Positions 7,975 to 17,241 are shown, counted from the first letter of the stretch. The stretch: DNA of 37,679 nucleotides from Ruminococcus sp. (GCA_023667745.1 JAMOZU010000001.1:1-37679), one strand, 5' to 3'. The notes: generated from the letters alone by a model not told the origin. Numbers and translations: made by a program.

Positions 7975-9440
7975 GCTGCGTTCTGGTGTTCGACCTGGGG
8001 GCTTCCTCCGGGCGGGCTATGCTGATGAAAATGAAGGGAGAATCTCTTTCCCTGACGGAAGTCCACCGCTTCCCCAACGACCCCGTTATTGTCAACGGTA
8101 CGCTCTATTGGGACATCTTGCGGCTCTTTCACGAGATAAAGCAGGGGATTGTAAAGGCAAATACCTTTACAGACGAGCCAATTTTAAGCCTCGGTATAGA
8201 TACATGGGGAGTGGACTTCGGGCTGCTGGGAGAAGACGATATGCTGCTGGAAAATCCCGTCTGCTACCGTGACAGCCGCACCGAGGGAATGGCGGACATA
8301 CTTTCCGAAAAAATCCCCCCGGACAGGCTCTACGAAATGACAGGGGTGCAGATAATGGATATCAACACCGTCTATCAGCTTTGTTCCCTGACAAAAAAAC
8401 GTCCCCATATCATTAAAGCCGCACGTAAAATTCTCCTTATGCCCGACCTGTTTAACTATCTTCTGACGGGGAAAGGCTATGCGGAAAACTCCATCGCCTC
8501 AACAACCGCACTTATGAGCGGCAGCGTGTGGAGCGGGGAGATACTTTCGGCAGTGGGCGTTCCGCAGGAATTGTTTTCACAGATAATCCCCTCGGGGACA
8601 AAGATAGGCAGCCTTAAAGAGGATATCTGCGAGGAATTGCAGGTCGAAAAATGCGCCGTCACAGCCGTATGCGGGCATGATACCCAGTGCGCCGCCGCCG
8701 CTGTCCCCGCACTGTCCGATGAAGATTTCATCTTCATCTCCTGCGGCACATGGTCGCTTTTCGGGACTGTCACCGATACTCCCGTAAAAACCCCGCGCTC
8801 CGCAGAGCTGAACATAACCAACGAAACAGCTTACGGAGGGAAAAATACATTCCTCAAAAATATCATCGGACTTTGGTTCATTCAGGAAACAAAGCGTTTC
8901 CTTGCAAAGAAGGGGCAGACATATACCTTCGGGGACTTGGAAAACGCCGCAGCGAACGCTGCACCGTTCAAATGCTTTATAGACCCGGACGCACCCGAAT
9001 TTGTCCCGCCGGGGGATATTCCCGGTCGTGTTGCCGCATTCTGCAAGCGGACAGGGCAGTATGTCCCCAAAGATATAGGAGAGACCATGCGCTGTATTTA
9101 CGAAAGTCTCGCCATGAAATACCGCCAAAGCCTTGAGGAGATAGAGGAATGCACGGGCAAGCGGTACAGCCGTATCTACATGGTGGGGGGCGGGATAAAA
9201 GATAAATTCCTTTGCCGCCTTGCCGCAAGCAGCTGCGGGCGGACAGTTACCGCTGGGCCTGTTGAAGCCGCCGCATACGGCAACGGGCTTATACAGCTGA
9301 TAACAGCGGGGCGGATACCCGACCTTGCCGCCGCAAGGAAGCTCCTTGCCGTATCTGCGGAAACGGAAACATTCGAGCCGGAAAATTCCGATAAATGGCA
9401 GCAAGCGTATGAGCATTATAAGGAGATAGCGGGGAAATAA
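7971..9440 (+). CDS. Rhamnulokinase/fuculokinase (FGGY family)
   Basis: DLGASSGR, GIDTWGVDFGLL, YRDSRT, GHDT, SCGTWSL, LKNIIGLW, AGPVEA motifs; substrate probably fuculose given fucU. Confidence 0.92.
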   Translation: MSCVLVFDLGASSGRAMLMKMKGESLSLTEVHRFPNDPVIVNGTLYWDILRLFHEIKQGIVKANTFTDEPILSLGIDTWGVDFGLLGEDDMLLENPVCYRDSRTEGMADILSEKIPPDRLYEMTGVQIMDINTVYQLCSLTKKRPHIIKAARKILLMPDLFNYLLTGKGYAENSIASTTALMSGSVWSGEILSAVGVPQELFSQIIPSGTKIGSLKEDICEELQVEKCAVTAVCGHDTQCAAAAVPALSDEDFIFISCGTWSLFGTVTDTPVKTPRSAELNITNETAYGGKNTFLKNIIGLWFIQETKRFLAKKGQTYTFGDLENAAANAAPFKCFIDPDAPEFVPPGDIPGRVAAFCKRTGQYVPKDIGETMRCIYESLAMKYRQSLEEIEECTGKRYSRIYMVGGGIKDKFLCRLAASSCGRTVTAGPVEAAAYGNGLIQLITAGRIPDLAAARKLLAVSAETETFEPENSDKWQQAYEHYKEIAGK

Positions 9441-9456
9441 GAAATGTAAAGCACAG

Positions 9457-9655
9457 CACGAGCAATAACGGCGCAATGGGGGTTCGGGGGAGGTCACCCC
9501 GGTAGGGTCCGGGCAGTGTCCTTGCGAGGTAATGTTTTTTTTCAAAACACGCAGAACCCCGACGGCGTAAGCCGTACGCAGTATTCCGCCGTCCGCAATG
9601 ACGTTGCAAGCAGCAAGGGTGAAGATAACTTACATAGCCAAAAAAATAAACGCAC
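9457..9655 (+). repeat. Degenerate/short copy C of the structured intergenic repeat
   Basis: gagcaataacg, gggggttcggggg...cacccc, atgtttttttcaaaaca (shared with ~23529), cccc.acggcgtaagccg, cttacatag. Confidence 0.7.
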
Positions 9656-9659
9656 AAAC

Positions 9660-9703
9660 AAAAACCCCGCCGTCCCGAATCCCCGGAACGGCGGAGCTTT
9701 TTT
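9660..9703. terminator. Probable bidirectional terminator
   Basis: aaaaaccccgccgtcccg...cggaacggcggagcttttt between convergent genes. Confidence 0.65.
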
Positions 9704-9725
9704 GTAAACTTTGCGTGTCAGCTGC

Positions 9726-10478
9726 TTACTTTCTCTTGGAAATAACTGCTGCTGCGCCGGCGGCTACCATTACAAATGCAATAGCAACTGCGGGAGTATT
9801 GCCTGTCTGCGCAGGAGTTGTAGCGGAAGCAGTGTCAGCCTGGGGAGCGGCTTCCGTAACAGCAGCCTCTGTCTCAACAGGAGCAGCCTCTGCCTCGGCA
9901 ACCTCGTCAACGGTCTCCTCTTCCTCTGCGGGAGCAGCAGCACCGCCGCCAAGCTCTTCAAAGGTCTTTCTGCCAAAGCAGTAGTCCTTGCCGTCAGCGT
10001 CGGAAACTCTGGGGAACTCGGCCTGGGGAGAACCCGCTTCAAGCTCTGCGGACTTTACGGTAACATTCTGGCACTGGAAACTTACGCCGGAATCGCCCAA
10101 TCCCGCAACTGCACTGCCGTTAAGTACAAACTCAACCGTTGTAGCCTCTTCGGGAATGCAGAACATTCCGTCGGTCTTCGCTATAACAGTGTCACTGGTG
10201 CATTCGGGGGTAAGGTCAGCCCAGCCGTTGTCAAAGTCCATGGGACGGATAAGGAACTGGTCTGCGGTGTTGGCAAGGTTCCTTGTCTCAACGGTAAGAG
10301 TTATCTTAACGTTCCCGCCGATAGCTTCAAGCTCCGTCTTGGGAATGCATGCACTTGCAGCCCATGAGCCGGGATATTCGCTGTCCATCTCGACAGTAGC
10401 CGCAAATGCGCTTACTGCACACATGGACATTGCCATTGCTCCGGCAACCGCGCCGGAAATGATTTTCTTCATGTTCAT
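9726..10478 (-). CDS. Secreted, sortase-type wall-anchored protein
   Basis: Signal peptide ending AFA; Ala/Glu/Thr/Pro linker; PAQTGN + hydrophobic helix + KRK. Confidence 0.88.
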   Translation of the reverse strand: MNMKKIISGAVAGAMAMSMCAVSAFAATVEMDSEYPGSWAASACIPKTELEAIGGNVKITLTVETRNLANTADQFLIRPMDFDNGWADLTPECTSDTVIAKTDGMFCIPEEATTVEFVLNGSAVAGLGDSGVSFQCQNVTVKSAELEAGSPQAEFPRVSDADGKDYCFGRKTFEELGGGAAAPAEEEETVDEVAEAEAAPVETEAAVTEAAPQADTASATTPAQTGNTPAVAIAFVMVAAGAAAVISKRK

Positions 10479-10517
10479 ATTCGTTGCCCTCCAATAAGTA
10501 ATCTTTATTTTTTAAAA

Positions 10518-10548
10518 CAAGCCGGCAGCCATAAGACAGCCGGCTTGA
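10518..10548 (-). terminator. Intrinsic terminator after 10572-11798
   Basis: caagccggc...gccggcttg stem followed by T-run on minus strand. Confidence 0.65.
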
Positions 10549-10571
10549 ATTTATTTTAATTCAAGGGAAAA

Positions 10572-11798
10572 TTACTTTCTCTTGGAAACAACGGCTGCTG
10601 CGCCTGCTGCAACCATTACGAATGCAACTGCGGCTACGGCGGCGTTGCCTGTTCTTACGGGAGCTGTGGTAGTGTCGGCTACGGGAGCAGTCTCAACTAC
10701 GGGAGCTTCGGTCTCAACGGGAACTGTCTCAACAACAGCCTCGGTCTCGGCAGCTACAGGCTCTGCGTCCTCTACTACCTCAACAACCTCTTCGGCGTCG
10801 TCTTCAACCAGCTCATCAGCCTCATCGGCTACAACCTCTACATCGTCATCAAGAGTAGCCTCCTCTGCTGCGGGAGCGGGAGCTGCTACGCTATCGGCGG
10901 AAACGGAGATAGTAACCTCAACGGACTCAATGGTGTCTGCGGGAGCGTCAAAGAATGTCTCCTGTGCAGCCCATGTGTTGAAGAAGCACATATCGATTAT
11001 AGTACCTGCGTCATTGTAAAGGGAAGAATCACCGGAAAGAGCAACGTCATTGCCGTTGATCTTGAAGCTCTTTACAACAGCCGAACCGCCGGGAATCGTT
11101 GCGGTATAACCTGCGGCAGGGTCGGAATCCACACAGCTTGCATCCTTTATGTAAAGAACGGTGAGAGTTGCGGGGTCGATAGACAAACCGCTGAGTGTGT
11201 AGGTGTAGTCACCTGCGCCGGTAATGGTAACATTGTTGGACTTAGTGGTAGCCCAGGTAGCATTCTCCTGGATAACCATTACAGTGTCAATGGAAACGCC
11301 TGTGTCAGCTGCGGGAGCTGCCTCTGTTTCAGCCTCGGCCTCGGGAGCTGCTACTGCACCGCCGAAATCAACGGAGGTTACATTAACCTGATAGCCTCTG
11401 ATGCAAGCACCGTTATCATTAAGTGTCTGTGCATCTGCAGCGGTAAGTGTGTAAACTACGGTGTTATCCTCTGTAACTACAGAGAAACCGTCTTCCTGAT
11501 TCTTGAAACCTGCGTCTGCGCTGGTGGCAGTCTGTGTAGCCTCAAGCTTTGTCCAGCCTTCGCCGCCGGAGCAAAGGGAAATAAGGTTGTAATCAGCGGG
11601 TATGATACTGTATGTAAGTGTTACAGTGTCACCCTCGGCTGCACCCGCAAACTTGTCAGCACCGATAACAGTACCGCTCCAGTCAGTGCCGAGGTTAATG
11701 TCTCCGTCTGCAACGTTTGCGGCAAACGCACCGGTAGCCATCATCGAAACAGCTACTGCACCTGCGGAAACGGCAGAGAGTATTTTTTTAACATTCAT
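10572..11798 (-). CDS. Secreted, sortase-type wall-anchored protein with two beta-rich domains
   Basis: Signal peptide ending AFA; acidic linker; PVRTGN + hydrophobic helix + KRK. Confidence 0.88.
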   Translation of the reverse strand: MNVKKILSAVSAGAVAVSMMATGAFAANVADGDINLGTDWSGTVIGADKFAGAAEGDTVTLTYSIIPADYNLISLCSGGEGWTKLEATQTATSADAGFKNQEDGFSVVTEDNTVVYTLTAADAQTLNDNGACIRGYQVNVTSVDFGGAVAAPEAEAETEAAPAADTGVSIDTVMVIQENATWATTKSNNVTITGAGDYTYTLSGLSIDPATLTVLYIKDASCVDSDPAAGYTATIPGGSAVVKSFKINGNDVALSGDSSLYNDAGTIIDMCFFNTWAAQETFFDAPADTIESVEVTISVSADSVAAPAPAAEEATLDDDVEVVADEADELVEDDAEEVVEVVEDAEPVAAETEAVVETVPVETEAPVVETAPVADTTTAPVRTGNAAVAAVAFVMVAAGAAAVVSKRK

Positions 11799-11820
11799 AT
11801 TTTTATCCTCCGATTCTGTC

Positions 11821-12606
11821 TTATTTCTTCTTGGAAATCAGTGCGGCAGCACCTGCAACAGCCATTACGGCAACCATAGCGGCAGCACTTGTGTTGCCGG
11901 TCTGAACGGGAGCTGTGGATGTATCGGCAACGGGAGCAGCCTCTGTAGCGGCAGGAGCGGCTTCTGTCTCTGCGGGAGCAGCCTCGGTCTCTGCGGGAGC
12001 AGCAGCAGCACCGGCATAGTCCTTCTGAGCTATCTCATTGCCGTCTTTGTCAAAGAGCTTGAAGTTGGAGATGGAAACGGTAATGCCGTTGGAAACCAAA
12101 GGCTGACCGGACCAGTCCATAAATACGAACTCTGCGGCGGAAGCGTCCTCGGGAACATTGGAAGGAAGCAGCCACTTGAAGCTGTCTTCAACGCTCTGGG
12201 AATCCTCCCAGATAGCCATTCCGTCTTCGCCCCACTCGTTGGGAGCAAGACCGTAGCCTGCGGAGTTGGTGGTGGCAACATATGTACCGCCGCCCATCCA
12301 GCCTATCTCAGTGCCGGAAAGGGAAGACAGACCGTTGTATGTAACAGTCCAGGAACCGGAATAGATCTTGGAAACATCAGCAGGATCTGCAAGAATGTCC
12401 GAAAGAGTGATCCTTGCCTTGCAGGCGGAATCGTCCGAAGAAGCGGTAAATGTGATACCGTCAGCGGAAGTGGAAATGATGTTTACTGTGCTGGGATCAT
12501 CGTCTGCATAACCTGTCTGAGACCAGTCAGCTGCGCTTACGGAAACAGAAAGTGCGGACAACGCGGCGAAAGCTGTAACACCCGCCAGAAGCTTTTTGAT
12601 TTTCAT
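11821..12606 (-). CDS. Secreted, sortase-type wall-anchored protein
   Basis: Signal peptide ending VSA; AETEAAP repeats; PVQTGN + hydrophobic helix + KKK; RBS ggaggag. Confidence 0.88.
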   Translation of the reverse strand: MKIKKLLAGVTAFAALSALSVSVSAADWSQTGYADDDPSTVNIISTSADGITFTASSDDSACKARITLSDILADPADVSKIYSGSWTVTYNGLSSLSGTEIGWMGGGTYVATTNSAGYGLAPNEWGEDGMAIWEDSQSVEDSFKWLLPSNVPEDASAAEFVFMDWSGQPLVSNGITVSISNFKLFDKDGNEIAQKDYAGAAAAPAETEAAPAETEAAPAATEAAPVADTSTAPVQTGNTSAAAMVAVMAVAGAAALISKKK

Positions 12607-12683
12607 GGTATATCTCCTCCATTTTTATTGTGCTTGTGCTTTATTGCGTATATGTTTTTCACAGCACGCAAGTTTACACATTT

Positions 12684-12712
12684 ATTATATCATTATATCG
12701 CCAAACTTACAA
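12684..12712 (-). promoter_or_regulatory. sigmaA promoter of surface-protein cluster
   Basis: TTGTAA-17 nt-TATAAT with TG. Confidence 0.65.
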
Positions 12713-12938
12713 TCGTGAAACTAAACAATCTTATTATAAATTTTTTAGTTGTTTTTCACATTAATTACAAGTCTTAGCTCTTTGTTCATATTTTGGCAAA
12801 CACTTGTAAATATTCGCTTTGTCAGACTAAAGCAAATTACCAAAAAATCACTTTTTATCCGACAAATTTCTCGGGACAAAAACATATACAAAATGTCCCG
12901 AAATCATCCGGCGATATAAAGATACCTTTGTAACCATA

Positions 12939-12967
12939 ATTATACCATACTTTTGGGAAATTATCAA
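12939..12967 (-). promoter_or_regulatory. Distal sigmaA promoter, minus strand
   Basis: TTGATA-17 nt-TATAAT with TG. Confidence 0.6.
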
Positions 12968-12974
12968 TAGTAAT

Positions 12975-13023
12975 TGTAACCGATTTGTAATAATTTTTTT
13001 GTGCGTTGTAACCAAATTGTAAC
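12975..13023 (+). promoter_or_regulatory. Two TGTAAH-N5-TGTAAH direct-repeat boxes (WalR-like/OmpR-family)
   Basis: tgtaac cgatt tgtaat (12975-12991) and tgtaac caaat tgtaac (13007-13023). Confidence 0.55.
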
Positions 13024-13054
13024 CTATTTCTCCCAAATATAACGTAATTTTCCC

Positions 13055-13083
13055 TTGAAAAAAAATTATTGACGTGGTATAAT
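13055..13083 (+). promoter_or_regulatory. sigmaA promoter of cdaA
   Basis: TTGAAA-17 nt-TATAAT with TG. Confidence 0.75.
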
Positions 13084-13169
13084 TAAAGTACACTTGAAAA
13101 ATTTAGGCGGACTGCCGGGAACAAGCGGCAAATTTCTTGCTTCTTGCTTCTTCTTGGGAAAGGTTGCTT

Positions 13170-14570
13170 ATGGAACTGATAAACGAAGTGCGCAGCGTGC
13201 TTAATACGATACTGCCCCTCAGCTTTTGGGACGTTCTTGATATAGCGGTTCTCAGCGTACTTATCTACAAAGGCTGCCAGCTTCTTCTGGAAACAAGGGC
13301 AGTGGGGCTTGTAAAAGGGCTGATGGCACTTGTGGCGGCATATGTCGTTGCAAGGATATTTCAGATGAAAACGCTTATATTCGTGCTGGAGAATGTATTC
13401 AGCATAGGCGTGCTTGCCATTTTGATCCTTTTTCAGCCGGAGATACGGCGGACGCTGGAGCGGGTGGGTCATATGGAATTTCTGGAGCGGACATCGGGCA
13501 ATCAGGAAGTTCTGGCAAAGCGGAACAGCCACGCCATAAACGCCATCTGCGCCGCCTGCCGCAAGCTCTCCGACGAGCGCACGGGGGCACTCATAGTAAT
13601 AGAACGTCGGACAAAACTGGGGGAGCATATCAACGGCACTGTCCTGAACGCCGTCCCGAGCGAGAAATTTTTCGATACCATTTTCTATAACGGCACTCCC
13701 CTTCACGACGGCGCAGTCATAATGCGGGGGGGGCTTATCCACGCCGCTGCTTGTTTCCTGCCCACAGCCTCAAAGGAAGAGACCGTTGACAAAGCCCTCG
13801 GCGCACGGCACAGAGCGGCCATCGGCATGAGCGAGAACTCGGATGCCGTTATTATCGTGGTTTCCGAGGAAACGGGGAAAATCTCGGTAGCCGAAAACGG
13901 ACTTTTGAAAGAGGACTTTTCCATATTCGACCTGCGCCCATACCTTACCTCAAAACAAACCACTTTTTCCGCCTTTTCCGAGGGCTATAAGCCGGAAACC
14001 CACAGCGCAGCAGCCGCAGTGTGCGACGCATGCGAGAACTTTTCGGACAACTCAACGGGAGCAATTATCATAATCGAAAGAGGGCAGGTGCTTGACCAGT
14101 TTTTGACCAACGTCACCGTCATAGACGCACTGCCTACAAAAGAAGCGTTGGGAACGATATTCTATAAAGGCACAGCCATGAGCCAACAGGCGGTCATTAT
14201 ACGGGACGGGCTGATACATTCGGCGGCTACCATAAACGTTCTCCTGCCGGAGACGCTGGAGAACAAAACCTTGGGCGCAAGGCATAAAGCGGCAATAGGA
14301 TTATCCCGCTGTTCGGACGCACTTGTTATTGTCGTTTCCGAGGAAACGGGAACGATATCGGTAGCGGACAATGTAAAGGGCGATGACTTTACACGGCGGG
14401 GATATGACCGTGATGAACTGCGGCAGTATCTGGCGGACAATATGAATCCGCAGAAAGAGGAAGAGGAAGCGGAGGAAACGAAAGAAGAGTCGCCGATAGC
14501 GGCATTGAAAAAGAGATTAGAGGACAGAAGCAAGAAGCAGGAAGCAAGAAGCAAGAAGCAGGACAAGTAA
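13170..14570 (+). CDS. cdaA: Diadenylate cyclase CdaA with duplicated DAC (DisA_N) domain
   Basis: Three TM helices then FQPEIRRTLE; domain 1 has GALIVIER, PLHDGAVI, GARHRAAIG, VVSEETG; domain 2 repeats GAIIIIER, GARHKAAIG, VVSEETG; followed by cdaR. Confidence 0.93.
   Translation: MELINEVRSVLNTILPLSFWDVLDIAVLSVLIYKGCQLLLETRAVGLVKGLMALVAAYVVARIFQMKTLIFVLENVFSIGVLAILILFQPEIRRTLERVGHMEFLERTSGNQEVLAKRNSHAINAICAACRKLSDERTGALIVIERRTKLGEHINGTVLNAVPSEKFFDTIFYNGTPLHDGAVIMRGGLIHAAACFLPTASKEETVDKALGARHRAAIGMSENSDAVIIVVSEETGKISVAENGLLKEDFSIFDLRPYLTSKQTTFSAFSEGYKPETHSAAAAVCDACENFSDNSTGAIIIIERGQVLDQFLTNVTVIDALPTKEALGTIFYKGTAMSQQAVIIRDGLIHSAATINVLLPETLENKTLGARHKAAIGLSRCSDALVIVVSEETGTISVADNVKGDDFTRRGYDRDELRQYLADNMNPQKEEEEAEETKEESPIAALKKRLEDRSKKQEARSKKQDK
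14526..14560 (+). repeat. Heptamer tandem repeat (AGAAGCA)x5 in cdaA 3' end
   Basis: agaagca agaagca ggaagca agaagca agaagca. Confidence 0.85.
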
Positions 14571-14575
14571 AGCAA

Positions 14576-14921
14576 TACAAGAGCAGTAGCGCACGTTGGG
14601 GGGTCTGGGGGATTCCACCCCCAGCGGGTCAAGGGCGGAGCCCTGCGGGGTTTGGGGCAGAGCCCCAACGGCGTAAGCCGCTGTAACTAACAGCACATTG
14701 CAAAGAAAAGCATTGCACGAGCAAGTAACCTCAACCGCCGCCCGACCACCGAAAAAAGCGTTTTGAAAGACGAGAGCAACACAAGAAAACTAACATCAAC
14801 CAAGCAAGTAACGGTCGGGCGGCGGTGCGGCATAGAAATGCACGGCGTATGCCGTGCGTTTCATGCCGCCGCCCGTCAGGGCGCATGTTACTAACATAGA
14901 CCAACAAATTATCGCATTTCA
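14576..14921 (+). repeat. ~350-bp structured intergenic repeat (copy D) between cdaA and cdaR
   Basis: Colinear with 3188-3556 from tacaagagca to gcatttca. Confidence 0.92.
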
Positions 14922-14952
14922 CAGTAAAATCAAATTACCGAGGTTTTCTGCC

Positions 14953-16260
14953 ATGTACAAAAAAATCACCGAATTTCTGACAAACCTGTTCCGCAAGGAC
15001 ATCTCCCTTAAAATAATCTCCATAGTCCTTGCCATAGGCGTGTGGGCGGCGGTTTCCATCACCGAGTACCCCATAATCGAGACCACATTCTACAATATCC
15101 CCATGACCATATCCATGGAGGGGACATATGCGCAGGCAAATCAGCTGGATACGGTAAATCCCCCCTCACAGACAGTCACCCTTACCATATCGGGAGAAAG
15201 AGGAAAAATAGGCAGTCTCAAAGCGGAGGACTTCACCGCATGGCTGGATATGTCAACGGTAATGCTCCCAAGAGAATACAACCTTCCCGTAAGGGTTACC
15301 TGCACCGCCGACAGCGAGTTTGATGTAAAAAGCATAGAACCCTCTTCCCTGCGGGTCTCCTTTGACAAGATAGTCTCAAAGGAGTTCGAGGTCTCTCCCC
15401 TGCTGGAAAACGCTTCCATAGCCGCAGGATATATGAGCGGCGACCCTATAGTTACCCCGTCGACTGTTACGGTAACAGGCCCGCAGAACACCATCAACAC
15501 CATCACAGACGCAAGAGTGAAAGTGTCCCCCAACAGAGTCCTCGACTCCACTTACGATTTTACCTCCGACCAGATAGTCCTCTATAACGGTAACTCCGTC
15601 CTTGCGGACACATCTTCCCTCTCTTTCGACAAAACTTCCTTTTCCGTACAGATACCCGTCTTCGTCCGCAAGACCCTGCCCTTGGACGTTGATATCATAA
15701 ACGCCCCCGAAAATTTCGACCTCGATTACTTCCGGGAACAGCTGACCTATTCCGTAAATGAGCTTACCATAGCTGCCCCCAACGACAAGATAAACGAGCG
15801 GGAGAGCCTTTCTATCGGCACGATCAATATGCGGGAGGTGGACAAAGGCTCACGCTTTGAGTTCCGCACGGAAAATTTTCTCCCCGAAGGCTATGAGAAC
15901 CTCTCCCAGACGGACGTTATAACCGTTACCTGCCCCTCCGAGGGGATAGCCGCCAAGCCTATAGTCATCATGGGCAAGGATATACAGTTCGTGAACCGCC
16001 CGCCTCAGTTCGAGTTTACCCCCGTGGTCTCCGGGCTTACCATTTCCCTTGTGGGGGACGAGGAGCAGATAGCGGAAATTTCCAGCGCAGACATAACCGC
16101 CCAGATAGACCTGTTTGACTTTGACATGGAAGAGGGGGACAAAAACCTTCCCGTTGACATTATCATCTTCTCATACGACAAAGTATGGTTCAGCGGCAAG
16201 GACGGAGTTGCCACGCCGAAGATATATGTTACCGCAAGGTATATTGAGATAGAAGAGTGA
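14953..16260 (+). CDS. cdaR: CdaR/YbbR-like regulator of diadenylate cyclase
   Basis: LKIISIVLAIGVW N-terminal TM; VTLTISG, DFTAWLDM, P.TVTVTGP, DITAQIDL YbbR repeats; position after cdaA. Confidence 0.88.
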   Translation: MYKKITEFLTNLFRKDISLKIISIVLAIGVWAAVSITEYPIIETTFYNIPMTISMEGTYAQANQLDTVNPPSQTVTLTISGERGKIGSLKAEDFTAWLDMSTVMLPREYNLPVRVTCTADSEFDVKSIEPSSLRVSFDKIVSKEFEVSPLLENASIAAGYMSGDPIVTPSTVTVTGPQNTINTITDARVKVSPNRVLDSTYDFTSDQIVLYNGNSVLADTSSLSFDKTSFSVQIPVFVRKTLPLDVDIINAPENFDLDYFREQLTYSVNELTIAAPNDKINERESLSIGTINMREVDKGSRFEFRTENFLPEGYENLSQTDVITVTCPSEGIAAKPIVIMGKDIQFVNRPPQFEFTPVVSGLTISLVGDEEQIAEISSADITAQIDLFDFDMEEGDKNLPVDIIIFSYDKVWFSGKDGVATPKIYVTARYIEIEE

Positions 16261-16269
16261 CGGTAAAAA

Positions 16270-16294
16270 AACAGGCGGGATTTTCCCGCCTGTT
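16270..16294. terminator. Bidirectional terminator
   Basis: aacaggcggga ttt tcccgcctgtt with A-run upstream; convergent genes. Confidence 0.8.
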
Positions 16295-16295
16295 C

Positions 16296-16330
16296 AATTA
16301 TTAACTGTTAATTATTAACTATTAACTGTC
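16296..16330 (-). repeat. Heptamer tandem repeat (AAYARTT)x5
   Basis: aattatt aactgtt aattatt aactatt aactgtc; same unit in reverse at 28861-28895. Confidence 0.8.
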
Positions 16331-17203
16331 TTACGCTTTCGTATCCAACGACGGCTTATCGCTCACCGCCGAGATAAGATCCCCCGCCGTGACCGTGGGA
16401 CGGTAGACCTTCCTTGACCGCCGCACCTTTTTCACCTCATAGGACTGTTCCGCCTTGGCTTTTGCGGCTATCCGGCGGGCACCTTCGGACTTGTTGAGCT
16501 TCTTTGCTTCCTTTTCCTCGATCTTCACTTTGCCGTCCTTGCCGTAGGTGACCGTCTTGACCTTCTTTACGCCCTCGCTCTTCTCGTCCTGCTTTTTCTT
16601 GTCCCTGTCGGCATTGCGCAGTTTCTTGAATGCCTTTGCACGCTCGGCATCGGTGGGAAGAGCCGAAAATGCGCCGCTTTTTACAAAATCATTATGCGCC
16701 CTTTCAATAGCCGAACTTTGCTGCTGCTGCTCGGAAATGAGGGAGCTTTTCGTTTCCTCGGTAATATGAGGGTTGTTCTTGATACTGTTTACGTTCCCCA
16801 AAGCCGAAGCCGCATATGCCATTTTCAGCCGCCGTACCTCGTCTTTGGTCTTGCACTGCCGCAGCCTGTTCTCGAAATCCCTTTGCGCCGCCTCTATCCG
16901 CTGAACTCTGCTGTAAGCCGCAGCGTCTTTGAGACGCAGATACTGCTTTTCCGCGGGAGTGAGCCTGCCGCCCCGTGACAGCTTGGAATTTATGGCATTA
17001 AGGGTGGTGTCGTTTTTCTTGCCGGTTTCCTTTGTGTTCTCATCGGCTTTCTTTTTTTGTTCCTCAGCCCATTGGCTTACGGTCTTAGTGCCGTCCGCAG
17101 AATAATCGCCGTTGGCTCTTTTCGTCCGCCACTTGGTCTCCATATTCATATTCATAAGATAGCTGTTTACAGAGCCTATGGTCATAATATCCAATCCGTT
17201 CAC
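16331..17203 (-). CDS. Basic, helical hypothetical protein (start uncertain: 17203, 17194 or 17185)
   Basis: 290-aa ORF, Lys/Arg-rich, RBS aaaggaag, sigma28-like promoter upstream. Confidence 0.8.
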   Translation of the reverse strand: MNGLDIMTIGSVNSYLMNMNMETKWRTKRANGDYSADGTKTVSQWAEEQKKKADENTKETGKKNDTTLNAINSKLSRGGRLTPAEKQYLRLKDAAAYSRVQRIEAAQRDFENRLRQCKTKDEVRRLKMAYAASALGNVNSIKNNPHITEETKSSLISEQQQQSSAIERAHNDFVKSGAFSALPTDAERAKAFKKLRNADRDKKKQDEKSEGVKKVKTVTYGKDGKVKIEEKEAKKLNKSEGARRIAAKAKAEQSYEVKKVRRSRKVYRPTVTAGDLISAVSDKPSLDTKA

Positions 17204-17241
17204 TTCCTTTCGGGAAAAGCGTTTTAATATACCTATCTCTT

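Noticed and set aside
11602-12777. 391-aa + strand ORF (also 9711-10367, 9988-10497, 10582-11019)
   Set aside because: Antisense shadows of the Ala/Thr-rich surface protein genes
13084-13169. c-di-AMP or c-di-GMP riboswitch near cdaA, MCP or HD-GYP genes
   Set aside because: No ydaO or GEMM consensus recognised by eye
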